Part shown: piece by piece, positions 26,713 through 35,882 of the stretch
How the letters are laid out: every line of letters starts with the position of its first letter
How positions within the stretch are numbered: the first letter of the stretch is position 1
Assembly: GCA_964641225.1 (NCBI GenBank)
Contig: CAZXKC010000003.1
Span: 1,177 to 65,176, forward strand
Direction: 5' to 3'
Length of the DNA: 64,000 bases
From: an uncultured Candidatus Saccharibacteria bacterium
Lineage (GTDB): Bacteria; Patescibacteriota; Minisyncoccia; UBA6257; 1-14-0-10-44-23
The notes under the pieces: generated by a model
Told to the model about the DNA's origin: nothing
Databases searched by the model: none
Seen by the model: the letters and a program-made list of their open reading frames with translations, nothing else
Translations under genes and position numbers: made by a program

Positions 26713-27447
26713 CTACTGAGCGCTCGTATCGTCCTGCGAAACGGTCGATGAGGGCGGGAGTGCCGTACTAGTGGAATGTGTTGTAGTGGCAGGGGTCGTG
26801 CTGGCAGCCATTGTATCAAAATATACCTGGCGGGTCGCAGCCACCTGGCGACCGAGAAAACGTTCTGCAGAAAATTCAATGATATTGATCTCAGGCAGCA
26901 ACTGGTAATCCTTTGAAAATGTTCCGTCGCTGGCAACGGCCACGTGCTGACCATTAATCGTGACATTGTCGCCTGGATCAGTTCTTCCCGATAGTGTAAT
27001 CGTTGAGGTGGTTACTATAAATGGATTTGGATCGGTCGGAGGTAGAATAATGCTTAGCGTTGGTTGGCCAAAAAACCCGCTACGACTGACTAAATAGATG
27101 ACAATGAACACGCCGATAATGCCGGCGGCGATGCCATATTGGCGCCGATATGACGGAAGCGCAAAACGATTGCCGGGCAGCTTGTCAGATGCTCCTGAGT
27201 GCATGTGCACAAACTCCTCTTTATATTTTACGGTCAATAATTCCGGCGGTAGACCCAATACCTGAGCGATTTTAATAAGATGAGGGCGAATATACGGAAA
27301 GGCGGGTAAGCGACGAACCTCTCCGCTCATCAGAGACTCCACATACTGCTCAGGTGTGCCTGATTTTTTTGCCAGATCAACCTGGCTCAGCTCTTTTGCC
27401 TCGCACTGGTCGGCAATAATGTCGCGTAATTTGCGGGGATCATCCAT
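26713..27447 (-). CDS. RodZ-like protein (HTH, TM, Ig-like domain)
   Basis: HTH ending LPAFPYIRPHL..IA..LGL; one TM; ITLSGRTDPG..VTING...V..DGTF. Confidence 0.75.
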   Translation of the reverse strand: MDDPRKLRDIIADQCEAKELSQVDLAKKSGTPEQYVESLMSGEVRRLPAFPYIRPHLIKIAQVLGLPPELLTVKYKEEFVHMHSGASDKLPGNRFALPSYRRQYGIAAGIIGVFIVIYLVSRSGFFGQPTLSIILPPTDPNPFIVTTSTITLSGRTDPGDNVTINGQHVAVASDGTFSKDYQLLPEINIIEFSAERFLGRQVAATRQVYFDTMAASTTPATTTHSTSTALPPSSTVSQDDTSAQ

Positions 27448-27452
27448 ATACG

Positions 27453-27520
27453 TATAACCTATAACTTATAACAAATAACTAGAATACACAAACATCACCC
27501 GTTATGCGTTATTAGTTAGT
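27453..27520. repeat. Inverted pair of degenerate 7-mer arrays
   Basis: TATAACC TATAACT TATAACA AATAACT ... GTTATGC GTTATTA GTTAGT. Confidence 0.7.
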
Positions 27521-27524
27521 GAAA

Positions 27525-28889
27525 CTATGCGCTAATCGCGGCAATATCATCCTCAAACTTATTCATACGGTTGAGCGTTGCGCTTCCATAACTTGAAATA
27601 AATTTACTCCAACTGCCTCCGGCATAATAGCGCGCCGCTGCACATTTTATCTGTGCATCGCCGGAGCTATACGCACCAGTGCACGCACTCATCGCGTCCT
27701 TCAAATAGAGCGCCGTGGCAACGAAGGCGTCACTGTTTTTCCATGGCGACGGGGGATTGCTGCCGGTGGCAGCGGCGATACGGTCTTTATAGAGCATCCA
27801 CGTGGTTGGGATAAATTGAGCCGGACCCATAGCACCACCGTAGGCACCATCACTGACAATGGCGCAGGAGACCAGCTGCTTTTCTGGGTCAATCCCAAGC
27901 TCTGAGGTAATTTGTAAGAATGGGGTTATGTCATCGCGCTTACTCTTCGGCGGCCCCGGAGCCATCGCAGTTTTGTAACTGCACTTACCAACATTTTTAC
28001 CAAGCGCAGACTCACGATCAAGCACAGCAAGCAGTAACGCTGCTGGAACGCCCGTGGCTCTTTGGGCATTTTTTGCCAATTCATAGGCAGTTTCAAAGGT
28101 CATTTCACCGCCACCAAGCAACTCGAAGAGACGGCTGCGGATCTTTGCCGCCTCGGCCTGCTTCTGTTTAAGTAGTGTTTGATAGGCAGCCTCCTGACCT
28201 TTTGTTTGCGTTAGTAACGTGCTTTTTTCCTGCGTCGTAGCCACTACATTTTTCTTTTGCTTATCCTGAAGCGCCTTGAGTGCGGCTGTTTGCGCCTTTT
28301 TCGCAACTAGATCTTCTTGTTGATCTAACAAATTGTCTTTAAGAGCATTAATTTGCTGGATACGATCAGTCAGCGTGTCCTGCACTGCCATTAAATTATT
28401 AACGTCTGAAAAAAAATCGCTGAGATTTGGGTTTTGCAACAAAATCGTCATTAAGCTTACGCGCTCGCTTTCATAGGTACTTTGCAGCGCAGCCATCACA
28501 GCGCCTTTGTTTAGATCAATTTTTTGCTGCGTCACCGTAACCTGCTGCTGGTTGTCATGGATCTCGCTGTTGAGCCGGCTGAGCGAGAGGGTAACCGCCT
28601 TAATCTGTAAATTAAGCTTATCAACCTGCGCATTTAATTTAGCGATTTCGCCCTTGAGACTCGTGCCTTGTTTGCGATACTGCGCGATCGTATCTTCATG
28701 GTCTTTAATCTGCTTTTCAAGATCAGAGAGTTGAAACTCGAGCTGCGCCTTTTCCTCGCTAGAAAGAGGCGCGCTGGCTGATGCGCCTTGATCCTGCGCC
28801 TGCGCCGGCATATGCGAAGAGGCGCCTAGTAAAAGGACGCTGAGCAAAAATCCAACAAAAAAACGTTGTGAAACACTGATCTGCTTCAT
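27525..28889 (-). CDS. PcsB-like coiled-coil protein with lytic murein transglycosylase (MltB/SLT_2) domain
   Basis: Signal peptide, long coiled coil, ES..G.N.G, GAMGPAQFIPTTW; start refined to 28889. Confidence 0.88.
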   Translation of the reverse strand: MKQISVSQRFFVGFLLSVLLLGASSHMPAQAQDQGASASAPLSSEEKAQLEFQLSDLEKQIKDHEDTIAQYRKQGTSLKGEIAKLNAQVDKLNLQIKAVTLSLSRLNSEIHDNQQQVTVTQQKIDLNKGAVMAALQSTYESERVSLMTILLQNPNLSDFFSDVNNLMAVQDTLTDRIQQINALKDNLLDQQEDLVAKKAQTAALKALQDKQKKNVVATTQEKSTLLTQTKGQEAAYQTLLKQKQAEAAKIRSRLFELLGGGEMTFETAYELAKNAQRATGVPAALLLAVLDRESALGKNVGKCSYKTAMAPGPPKSKRDDITPFLQITSELGIDPEKQLVSCAIVSDGAYGGAMGPAQFIPTTWMLYKDRIAAATGSNPPSPWKNSDAFVATALYLKDAMSACTGAYSSGDAQIKCAAARYYAGGSWSKFISSYGSATLNRMNKFEDDIAAISA

Positions 28890-28933
28890 GAAAGTATGCT
28901 TAGTATACCACTTACCCTTAGAAGGAGACGTAA

Positions 28934-28965
28934 AACAAAGGCGCCCCGTTACCGGGGCGCCTGTT
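28934..28965. terminator. Terminator after rplY
   Basis: AGGCGCCCCG-TTAC-CGGGGCGCCT. Confidence 0.8.
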
Positions 28966-28986
28966 ATTACAAACCTACAGATCAAA

Positions 28987-29682
28987 CTATTTCTTTGCCG
29001 GCGCAGCACCTGCAGCGGCCTCGCCTTCGGCCGGAGCGTCAGCGGCGGCCTTTTCTTTCTTCTCTTCACCCTCGGTCTTGATCTCGGTGACATCAGCACC
29101 CTTTGCAGCAAGAGCGGCCTCCTGCTCTTCGGTCATACGAGCAGTAATCGTGGCAACCACGAATTCCGGTTTAACCATAACGCGTACCGCCTTTGGCACA
29201 GAAAGCTGGCTGACGTGAATCGAAACACCAACATCAGTAAGCATTTTCAGGTCAACTTCAATTGCGTGCGGGATATCGGCAGGCAGAGCTTCAACTTCAA
29301 GTTCAGCGAGCGATCGAACAAGTACACCGCCTTTTTCCTTAACACCCGGAGCCTCACCAACAAAGGAAAGGGGAACCTTAAGTTTAATCTTCTCGTCCAT
29401 GCGAACGCGGTAAAAATCAACGTTCTCGATAGAGTCCGTGATCGGATTGCGCAGCACGTCGTGAATAAACACCGGGTGCTTAACAGTTCCTACCTTTAAA
29501 TCAATAATTGAGGTCTCACCAGCATGACGAAGAACTTTGCGCAGGTCTTTCATCGACACTGCTACGTGTTCATTCTTAATGCCGTGGCCATAAAGTTCCG
29601 CCGGGACCATGCCGTCCTTGCGGAGAGCTTTTACTGCTCTACCAAGCTGCGTGCGAACTACCGCACTTAATTCCATCGCCAT
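28987..29682 (-). CDS. rplY: 50S ribosomal protein L25/Ctc
   Basis: LRKDGMVPAELYGHG, VDFYRV, GVKEKGGVL, LPADIP. Confidence 0.97.
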   Translation of the reverse strand: MAMELSAVVRTQLGRAVKALRKDGMVPAELYGHGIKNEHVAVSMKDLRKVLRHAGETSIIDLKVGTVKHPVFIHDVLRNPITDSIENVDFYRVRMDEKIKLKVPLSFVGEAPGVKEKGGVLVRSLAELEVEALPADIPHAIEVDLKMLTDVGVSIHVSQLSVPKAVRVMVKPEFVVATITARMTEEQEAALAAKGADVTEIKTEGEEKKEKAAADAPAEGEAAAGAAPAKK

Positions 29683-29795
29683 ACTGTTGATAATTTTTTA
29701 TTTAATGAATACAGCGGGGTTAGCCCGCCAATAGAGATAGATACTATACGAAATGAGGCCAATTGGCAAGTTCACCCGCCTCGGGCGGGCCAGAC

Positions 29796-30272
29796 TTACT
29801 TCTTAAGGCCAGGAATAAAACCCGGCTGCAACCAATTCTTAAATTGAGTCAGCGCGTCGGCATAATCTTCGAATACGATCTGAGCAGTAACATCAACGCG
29901 AGCTATACGCCCTACTTTTCCTGCTTCAAGGCGAGCTCGTTCGTACAAAGCAACTATCGGCACACCAGCAGCAAGCGCCCACTCGTGTTCGCGTCCAACA
30001 CCGTGCGCCGGAAGCCCCGTGTACATAGCCATAAGCGAGGACTCTGAAAAACGCTGCTTATCAAGTTTCACGACCTGCTCTGGAGTTAAATCTGCATGCA
30101 CAATCGGATCGCTATAGCGGTGGGGAACATAACCAAACGCATCTGCGTGTCCAGCTTCTCGTAGCGTTGTCTCAAAAACAGCGGCTAAGTCCTCGTAAAA
30201 CTTTTTTAATTCCTCTCGGCGCTCATCAGGGACATTCGTGAGTGGACCAGATACATAGAGCTGGAGTTTCAT
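29796..30272 (-). CDS. Nucleoside 2-deoxyribosyltransferase / DNPH1-like dNMP N-glycosidase
   Basis: LYVSGPLT...YVPH...D...PAHGVGREHEWA...GVPIVALY. Confidence 0.75.
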   Translation of the reverse strand: MKLQLYVSGPLTNVPDERREELKKFYEDLAAVFETTLREAGHADAFGYVPHRYSDPIVHADLTPEQVVKLDKQRFSESSLMAMYTGLPAHGVGREHEWALAAGVPIVALYERARLEAGKVGRIARVDVTAQIVFEDYADALTQFKNWLQPGFIPGLKK

Positions 30273-30277
30273 GTGTG

Positions 30278-31021
30278 CTAAAAAAGTTTTTCGGTATCAG
30301 CACTCAACTTAGTGAATGCATGCTTATAGCTCTGCACATTTTGTAAATCTGAAATTATAGCCGCCGGAATACCGCCAGTCCATGAACCACTCGGCAATAA
30401 AGCGACCACTTCAGGATTGCCCGTCTTGGCATCAACGATCTCGAAGCCAACTCGGCGCAATCCTTCTAAAAAGATACTCATGTCAGCACCAAAATCACCA
30501 ATAACCGCAATCTTTACCGAATGTGAGAGCATGCCAGCACGCGGTGAGTGGCGTTTTTCTTTAAGTTTCTGCTGAGCATCATCAGCAATTCGTAGCTCAG
30601 TCACACCAGCCTTCCGTAACGCCTCCCAACAAGGCATGCAGGCCCAGTAGTGCCCGGCGAGATAGGCGACTGCGCCCTTTCCGTCTATTCCTTTCTCGAT
30701 AAGCTTACGTGACGCACGAGCCTCGCCGTGGTTAGGCGAGTAACAATGATCTGGGCAATATTCATATTCAGTCCCGCTTTTGCTTTGCAGTGCTACGCGC
30801 GGACAAAATGAATAATGAATCTGGCCGCCATTTTCTAAAACTAAAACTTTTCCGTCACGAACAATTACAGTTGCAGTTGGTACGCTCACTTCTGGGTGCT
30901 CTCGCACCATTTCGGCGCAGCGAGCAGCTGCCATAGCCATAAATGGATCTGTACTGGGCACAAATTCCTGATGGCCCCATTCTGGGACGATTTCATCCAA
31001 CTTCTTTGCGCCATCTGACAT
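30278..31021 (-). CDS. Zn-dependent dCMP-deaminase-like protein with extra C-terminal alpha/beta domain
   Basis: CPR...SGTEYEYC, HGE and CMPC deaminase motifs. Confidence 0.8.
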   Translation of the reverse strand: MSDGAKKLDEIVPEWGHQEFVPSTDPFMAMAAARCAEMVREHPEVSVPTATVIVRDGKVLVLENGGQIHYSFCPRVALQSKSGTEYEYCPDHCYSPNHGEARASRKLIEKGIDGKGAVAYLAGHYWACMPCWEALRKAGVTELRIADDAQQKLKEKRHSPRAGMLSHSVKIAVIGDFGADMSIFLEGLRRVGFEIVDAKTGNPEVVALLPSGSWTGGIPAAIISDLQNVQSYKHAFTKLSADTEKLF

Positions 31022-31033
31022 ATGAGTTAAAAA

Positions 31034-31690
31034 CTACGCCTTAAACTTCTCTTTAATTTTCGCGATGTCGCCGCTCTTTATAAAGGAGAGCTCATCTTCG
31101 CTGTCGGTACGGGCTTCAAGTCCGTGCGCCATTGAGTCGTGATATTTTGCTTTTACGGCACCATGCATTTGAGCCTCGGCCATATCCATACCGCTCGCCA
31201 TCGTATGAAAGACAAGCTGATAGGCACGTTCGCCCGGGTATAAACGAAGGGGATGAGGCGTGGCGTTTAGTATAGGAATAGTCAGATGGCCCTGATAGCC
31301 AATATCTACGAGTCCGCTTTCCATAACGAATCCACGGCGAATCATCGAGCTACGGGGGTAGAGAAGCGCGATCAGGTTGTCGGCTTTCAGCGAAATCTTT
31401 TCGAGCGTTGAGGCAATTACAAATTCGTTCGGCAAAAATTCAAAATACTGACCTGGTTTTAATTTCACTAACTTAAAATGATTTTGATTTGCCTTCTTTT
31501 CTAAATAATCCGGGCGCATCACCACACGGCCGGCGTCGGTCATCTGCCACTGCTCGGGGATATAAAATGTCCATCCAATACGAAGATCCAAAGAGTTTGG
31601 CTGCACCTGAAATTTGTCTGCACCTGGCTCAAGCGCCATCTTACCGGAACCAATGTATTCAAGAATTTCTTTTTTAGAAAGGATAGCCAT
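31034..31690 (-). CDS. dcd: dCTP deaminase
   Basis: QPNSLDLRIG, TLE, RSSMIRRG, VDIGYQGHLT, YPGERAYQLVF. Confidence 0.92.
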   Translation of the reverse strand: MAILSKKEILEYIGSGKMALEPGADKFQVQPNSLDLRIGWTFYIPEQWQMTDAGRVVMRPDYLEKKANQNHFKLVKLKPGQYFEFLPNEFVIASTLEKISLKADNLIALLYPRSSMIRRGFVMESGLVDIGYQGHLTIPILNATPHPLRLYPGERAYQLVFHTMASGMDMAEAQMHGAVKAKYHDSMAHGLEARTDSEDELSFIKSGDIAKIKEKFKA

Positions 31691-31723
31691 GGTAGAAAAA
31701 GAATATCATGCTTACACCACTAC

Positions 31724-32554
31724 CTACAAGACAATCTTCATTCCCTTGATTGATTCAAGCGGGGCATACTGATTGGTGATCTGGTGCGCAATTTCATCAA
31801 CGAGCGCCTCGTCACCTTTTTCGGCCCGGTCAAAATAATCTGGCTGCGCATCGAACAATACCTCGCTGTGCTCATTCTCGCGATTAATTAATTCCCAGGC
31901 CTGATCGTAATGAATGTCGTAAATGTGCGCGTTGCTGATTGTGTGGGTAAGCGTTCCAGTCTGCAATCCTAATTTCGCCGCTAAAATATTTTGCAAAAGC
32001 GCGAATCCGGCCACGTCGTGTGGGCAGCCAAGCATCATGTCGTTAGAGCGCACGACGTTGTGCATGTGCAATTTGTTGCCAAAAACGTTAACGGTGAATA
32101 CAAACGGACAGGGGACATTCTTTTTTGGGGTACCAATACCAAGCCCGTCGTCGGCCGCATCCCACGTCATCACAACGCCGTGCCGGCTGCCCGGTTCTTT
32201 CTCTAACAGCTTCACGAGTGCGCCAAGTTGGTCGCGACCAAAGTGCTTTCGCCAGCGATAACCGTAGGCTGCCGGAATTGTACCGTCTGGTTCCATAAAA
32301 TCTTTCCAGATCGGCGTAAATTTATTTACAAAATCATCCGGCTTGTTGCTGCCCATGATAAACCAAATCTGTTCCGCTACGAAAAGTTTAATCGGAATTT
32401 TGCGCAGCGTTAAAATCGGAAACCCGGCGTCTAAATGAAAGGTAATACCCGGCAAAATCTTTGTTCTGTGCCCGGTGCGCTCATTTAATTCCTCGTATCC
32501 GCGATTCATGATATCGAGGATTGCGTTTTGATATTGTTTATCGAACTGGGTCAC
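31724..32554 (-). CDS. thyA: Thymidylate synthase
   Basis: NERTG, AYGYRWR, PCP, RSNDMMLG.PHD, NAHIY; start refined to GTG 32554. Confidence 0.96.
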   Translation of the reverse strand: MTQFDKQYQNAILDIMNRGYEELNERTGHRTKILPGITFHLDAGFPILTLRKIPIKLFVAEQIWFIMGSNKPDDFVNKFTPIWKDFMEPDGTIPAAYGYRWRKHFGRDQLGALVKLLEKEPGSRHGVVMTWDAADDGLGIGTPKKNVPCPFVFTVNVFGNKLHMHNVVRSNDMMLGCPHDVAGFALLQNILAAKLGLQTGTLTHTISNAHIYDIHYDQAWELINRENEHSEVLFDAQPDYFDRAEKGDEALVDEIAHQITNQYAPLESIKGMKIVL

Positions 32555-32559
32555 GGGGG

Positions 32560-32599
32560 TAGAGGGATTAGAGGACGATAGAGGTACTAGAGGGAATAG
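32560..32599. repeat. TAGAGGnnn ~9-mer array just upstream of the thyA start
   Basis: TAGAGGGAT TAGAGGACGA TAGAGGTAC TAGAGGGAA TAG. Confidence 0.75.
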
Positions 32600-32627
32600 C
32601 CTGTGAAAAACTCTCTCTCTGAATGAT

Positions 32628-32699
32628 AAACTAAAAACTAGAAACAAGAAACAATTGACTAGTTTGCTGGTTTATCGTTTCTCGTTTATTGTTTATTGT
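32628..32699. repeat. Inverted pair of degenerate 7-mer arrays ending at the folA ATG
   Basis: AAACTAA AAACTAG AAACAAG AAACAAT ... CTGGTTT ATCGTTT CTCGTTT ATTGTTT ATTGT. Confidence 0.75.
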
Positions 32700-33173
32700 A
32701 TGATAGCTCTTGTAGCCGCAGTCTCAAAAAATGGTGTAATTGGGGCCAAAAACGACCTTCCGTGGTATTTGCCAGAAGATCTTAAGCGTTTTAAGGAAAT
32801 TACCAAAGGCAAAACAGTACTGATGGGTCGCAAAACATTTGAATCAATCCTAGCACGCCTCAAAAAGCCGCTGCCTGACCGCACCAACATCGTGATCACG
32901 CGCAATCTTAACTACAAAGTTCCGGAGGGCGTTGTGGTTCAAGGTGACGTTGCTTCAGCTCTGCGCAGCCACGGGTCGTCTGACATTTTTATCATCGGCG
33001 GCGGGCAGATCTTTTCTGAAACAATGGATTTAGCCGACACGCTTTATATCACGCACGTTGATAAAGAAGTTGAAGGCGATGTCTTCTTTCCAAAAATCGA
33101 TCCCAAAAAATGGCGGCTTGAAAGCGACGAGAAGCACGATGGGTATTCGTTTGCGATCTATAAACGAACTTAA
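32700..33173 (+). CDS. folA: Dihydrofolate reductase
   Basis: NGVIG.KNDLPW.LPEDLKRFK, MGRKTFESI, LPDRTNIV, IGGGQI, GDVFFP. Confidence 0.97.
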   Translation: MIALVAAVSKNGVIGAKNDLPWYLPEDLKRFKEITKGKTVLMGRKTFESILARLKKPLPDRTNIVITRNLNYKVPEGVVVQGDVASALRSHGSSDIFIIGGGQIFSETMDLADTLYITHVDKEVEGDVFFPKIDPKKWRLESDEKHDGYSFAIYKRT

Positions 33174-34075
33174 GCAATCTTATTAAACAGCTTCAGGCGC
33201 TGCATAACTACCGCTTTAACTTCATTGTAGGAGTCTTCCAGAAGTTTGTAGGGGGCGACTTCGTTTGGGTGAGCGGGAAGAGCTTTTTCCATTCCGGCGC
33301 GCCAGGCGCGGCGGAGTTCGGTTGAGATGTGCACGATGCGGACGCCGGCATCAATTGCTTTTACAAAATCCTCGTCGGGCGTGCCTGAACCACCGTGAAG
33401 TACGAGCGGAACTTTTGCAGCGCGGCGAATTTCGCCGACGCGCTTGATAAACAAATGTTTTACGAAACCGGCGCCATCACTCGTCGCCTTAAACATGCCG
33501 TGGACGTTGCCGATCGCCGGAGCAAGCATATCTACGCCGGTTTCTTGCACAAATTTAGCCGCCTCTTCGGCTTTTGTAATCGTTTCTTCGGTAATAGCCA
33601 CGCCATCCGGCAACTTATCCTTTACCTCTGAACCGGCGCCGATGAAGCCAATCTCTCCTTCTATTAATACCTTCTTGTTTTTGCTGGCGCGAGCGTAATC
33701 AACAACAGCTTTGGTGAGGGCAACGTTTTCGGCATATGGTTTATCGGCGGCATCGATGATCACGGCATCAAAACCAGCGTCGATGGCGACTTTGCAGCTT
33801 TCCAGCGACTTGTGGTGGTCGGCGTTAAGGAAAATAGGGTAGTCAAACTCTTTACGAATTCCTTTTATAAGCACTGCGATTGCCGGCGTGGTTAAAAATG
33901 CTTGTTCGCCTTCGGAGACACCGATGATAACGGGAATCTGCTTGCCGGTAGTTTTCGAAAGCTCCTGACAGGCGTCCCAAATTGCTTTAAGGGTAGTGAG
34001 CTCAGAGATATTAAAATGAGCAACGGCGACTTTATCTTTTTTTGCCTGACTGATGGCTTTTTTGAGTGAAATCAT
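33170..34075 (-). CDS. fba: Class II fructose-bisphosphate aldolase
   Basis: NADHH, EGEIGFIG, APAIGNVHG, VLHGGSG; start refined to 34075. Confidence 0.93.
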   Translation of the reverse strand: MISLKKAISQAKKDKVAVAHFNISELTTLKAIWDACQELSKTTGKQIPVIIGVSEGEQAFLTTPAIAVLIKGIRKEFDYPIFLNADHHKSLESCKVAIDAGFDAVIIDAADKPYAENVALTKAVVDYARASKNKKVLIEGEIGFIGAGSEVKDKLPDGVAITEETITKAEEAAKFVQETGVDMLAPAIGNVHGMFKATSDGAGFVKHLFIKRVGEIRRAAKVPLVLHGGSGTPDEDFVKAIDAGVRIVHISTELRRAWRAGMEKALPAHPNEVAPYKLLEDSYNEVKAVVMQRLKLFNKIA

Positions 34076-34207
34076 AGAAATAACTATATCACGCTGGCGC
34101 ACAGAAAGCCTGCCCCGTGAGTCAAATTCGGCTTTTTTGATTTTTGCGAAGCAAATGCCGAGTTTGTACTGCGGGGTATACCATAGCCAGAACATATTTT
34201 AATGCTA

Positions 34208-34236
34208 TTGACAAGAGATAGCCTTGGTGGTATAAT
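34208..34236 (+). promoter_or_regulatory. Perfect consensus sigma70 promoter of mini-cassette 3
   Basis: TTGACA-17 bp-TATAAT with TGn extended -10. Confidence 0.88.
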
Positions 34237-34297
34237 GATTACTAGGTTTCCTGGCTTGAAATGGTCTTAAGCCAGCGAAAACTTGGTGGAGGAATTC

Positions 34298-34516
34298 ATG
34301 GCCAGCGTAAGAATCTGGGGAGATATCTTCGCCGAAATCGACGAAGGAGCAGGCGCTCACCCCGTGGCGAACATCGAAGATGTGGCGACCGAGAGCCTCT
34401 TCGGAGGAGTTCCTGAAGGAGAGATGGCGAATCTGGAACTCGACCGAGAGAATCCGGTCGGCAGACACGCGCGGCATCACAGCCCCGACCCGTTCCCGGG
34501 TTGCATCGGAATGTAG
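34298..34516 (+). CDS. Orphan 72-aa acidic peptide (GC-rich mini-cassette 3)
   Basis: GGAGG SD at 34288-34292, 5' hairpin CTGGCTTGA/TTAAGCCAG, structured 3' end. Confidence 0.62.
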   Translation: MASVRIWGDIFAEIDEGAGAHPVANIEDVATESLFGGVPEGEMANLELDRENPVGRHARHHSPDPFPGCIGM

Positions 34517-34520
34517 CAGC

Positions 34521-34594
34521 GTGTCGACCACGAAGGCCGACACAGCGAGAACGGCCCACAACCCTTCGGGGAAGTGGCGCCGTCTCATTTATAT
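34521..34594 (+). terminator. Tandem 3' hairpins of mini-cassette 3, including a C(UUCG)G tetraloop
   Basis: GTGTCG..CGACAC; GAGAACGGCCCAC-AA-CCC-TTCG-GGG-AA-GTGGCGCCGTCTC then ATTTAT. Confidence 0.6.
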
Positions 34595-34604
34595 AAGGTT
34601 CGAT

Positions 34605-34633
34605 TTGACGAAAAAGCCTACTTTTGCTACTAT
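34605..34633 (+). promoter_or_regulatory. rpsA promoter
   Basis: TTGACG-17 bp-TACTAT. Confidence 0.7.
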
Positions 34634-34740
34634 ATATCCACGTTTTTGCTCCCTGCTTCGGTAGGGGAGGCCAGCAAAATCATTATAATTTATCGGCCTC
34701 AATGTCCGCCTGCGACTACACATCGCAGCATCGAATTTAC

Positions 34741-35823
34741 ATGAAGAAACAGTCAGACGGAACGATGACAGCCCTGCTCAAAAACGAGCGCGGCGTTATC
34801 AAATCCCTCAAGCTCGCTGAGTTTGTAGAGGGTTCTCTTATAAAGAAAGGTCAGAAAGTTGTATATATTGATCTCGGACCGCTCGGTACCGGCGTTATTT
34901 ACGGCGCAGAGTACATGAACGCGGCTGATATCATCAAAAACTTAAACGTTGGCGATAAAGTCAGCGGAAAAGTTATTGAGCAGGAAAACGACGACGGTTT
35001 TGTTGAAATCTCACTCGCTGAGGCCGGCAAACAAAAAGTCTGGGCCGAGATTAAGGAAATGCGCGAGAAGGATGAGCCGATCGTGGTCAAAATTCTTGCT
35101 GCAAACACCGGTGGTCTTATGACCGAGGTAAACGGCATGAAAGCCTTCTTGCCGGTTTCGCAGCTTTCAAACGAACACTATCCGCGCGTACCAGACGGTA
35201 GTAAGGAAAAAATTCTTGATGAACTCAAGAAGATGGTTGGCACTGACATGCGCGTGAAGATCATCACCAACACGCAGAGCATGAACAAGCTGATCGTCTC
35301 TGAGCGCGAAGTTGCCAACGAAAACGTTAAAGAGCTCCTTAACAAATACAAAGTCGGCGACACGGTTGAGGGTATTATCTCGGGCGTGGCAGACTTCGGA
35401 GCCTTTGTACGCTTCATTGATCAGCCTTCCATTGAAGGACTCATCCACATCTCGGAGCTTGATCACAAGTTGATCGAACACCCGAAGGAGGTAGTGAAGG
35501 TAAACGACAATGTTAAGGCAAAGGTAGTAGAAATCAAAGATGGTCGCGTCAGTCTCTCACTCAAAGCACTTAAAGCAAACCCGTGGGACTCTGTTGCAAC
35601 GAAGTTTAAGGAGGGCGATGCAGTCAGCGGCGTGATCACTCGATTCAACCCGTTCGGAGCATTCGTAGCGCTCGACCAGGAGATCCAGGGACTCGTGCAC
35701 GTTACTGAATTCGGCGGCGTAGACGAGATGAAGGCAAAGATTGAGCTCGGCAAGTCGTATAAGTTTACGATTGGGTCACTCAAGCCAGCCGAGAAGCGTA
35801 TCATCTTAAAAATCGTAAAATAA
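34741..35823 (+). CDS. rpsA: 30S ribosomal protein S1 (four S1 domains)
   Basis: AFLPVSQL, DFGAFV...EGLIHISEL, FGAFV...GLVHVTE; start refined to 34741. Confidence 0.93.
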   Translation: MKKQSDGTMTALLKNERGVIKSLKLAEFVEGSLIKKGQKVVYIDLGPLGTGVIYGAEYMNAADIIKNLNVGDKVSGKVIEQENDDGFVEISLAEAGKQKVWAEIKEMREKDEPIVVKILAANTGGLMTEVNGMKAFLPVSQLSNEHYPRVPDGSKEKILDELKKMVGTDMRVKIITNTQSMNKLIVSEREVANENVKELLNKYKVGDTVEGIISGVADFGAFVRFIDQPSIEGLIHISELDHKLIEHPKEVVKVNDNVKAKVVEIKDGRVSLSLKALKANPWDSVATKFKEGDAVSGVITRFNPFGAFVALDQEIQGLVHVTEFGGVDEMKAKIELGKSYKFTIGSLKPAEKRIILKIVK

Positions 35824-35882
35824 ACTAATGGCGGGCAAGCGGCGAGAGGAGCTGCAAACCACGCGACACACTAAAAAAATAT

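Noticed and set aside
27525-29111. 528-aa ORF-track version of the lytic transglycosylase
   Set aside because: The extension overlaps rplY and its terminator; the signal peptide starts at 28889.
34205-34664. Alternative ORFs 34205..34588(-), 34296..34559(-), 34380..34664(+)
   Set aside because: No matching promoter or SD; they are shadows of GC-rich cassette 3.
35828-35882. Possible S15 autoregulatory leader
   Set aside because: GC-rich and plausibly structured, but I could not match it to a known leader by eye; it needs a covariance-model search.
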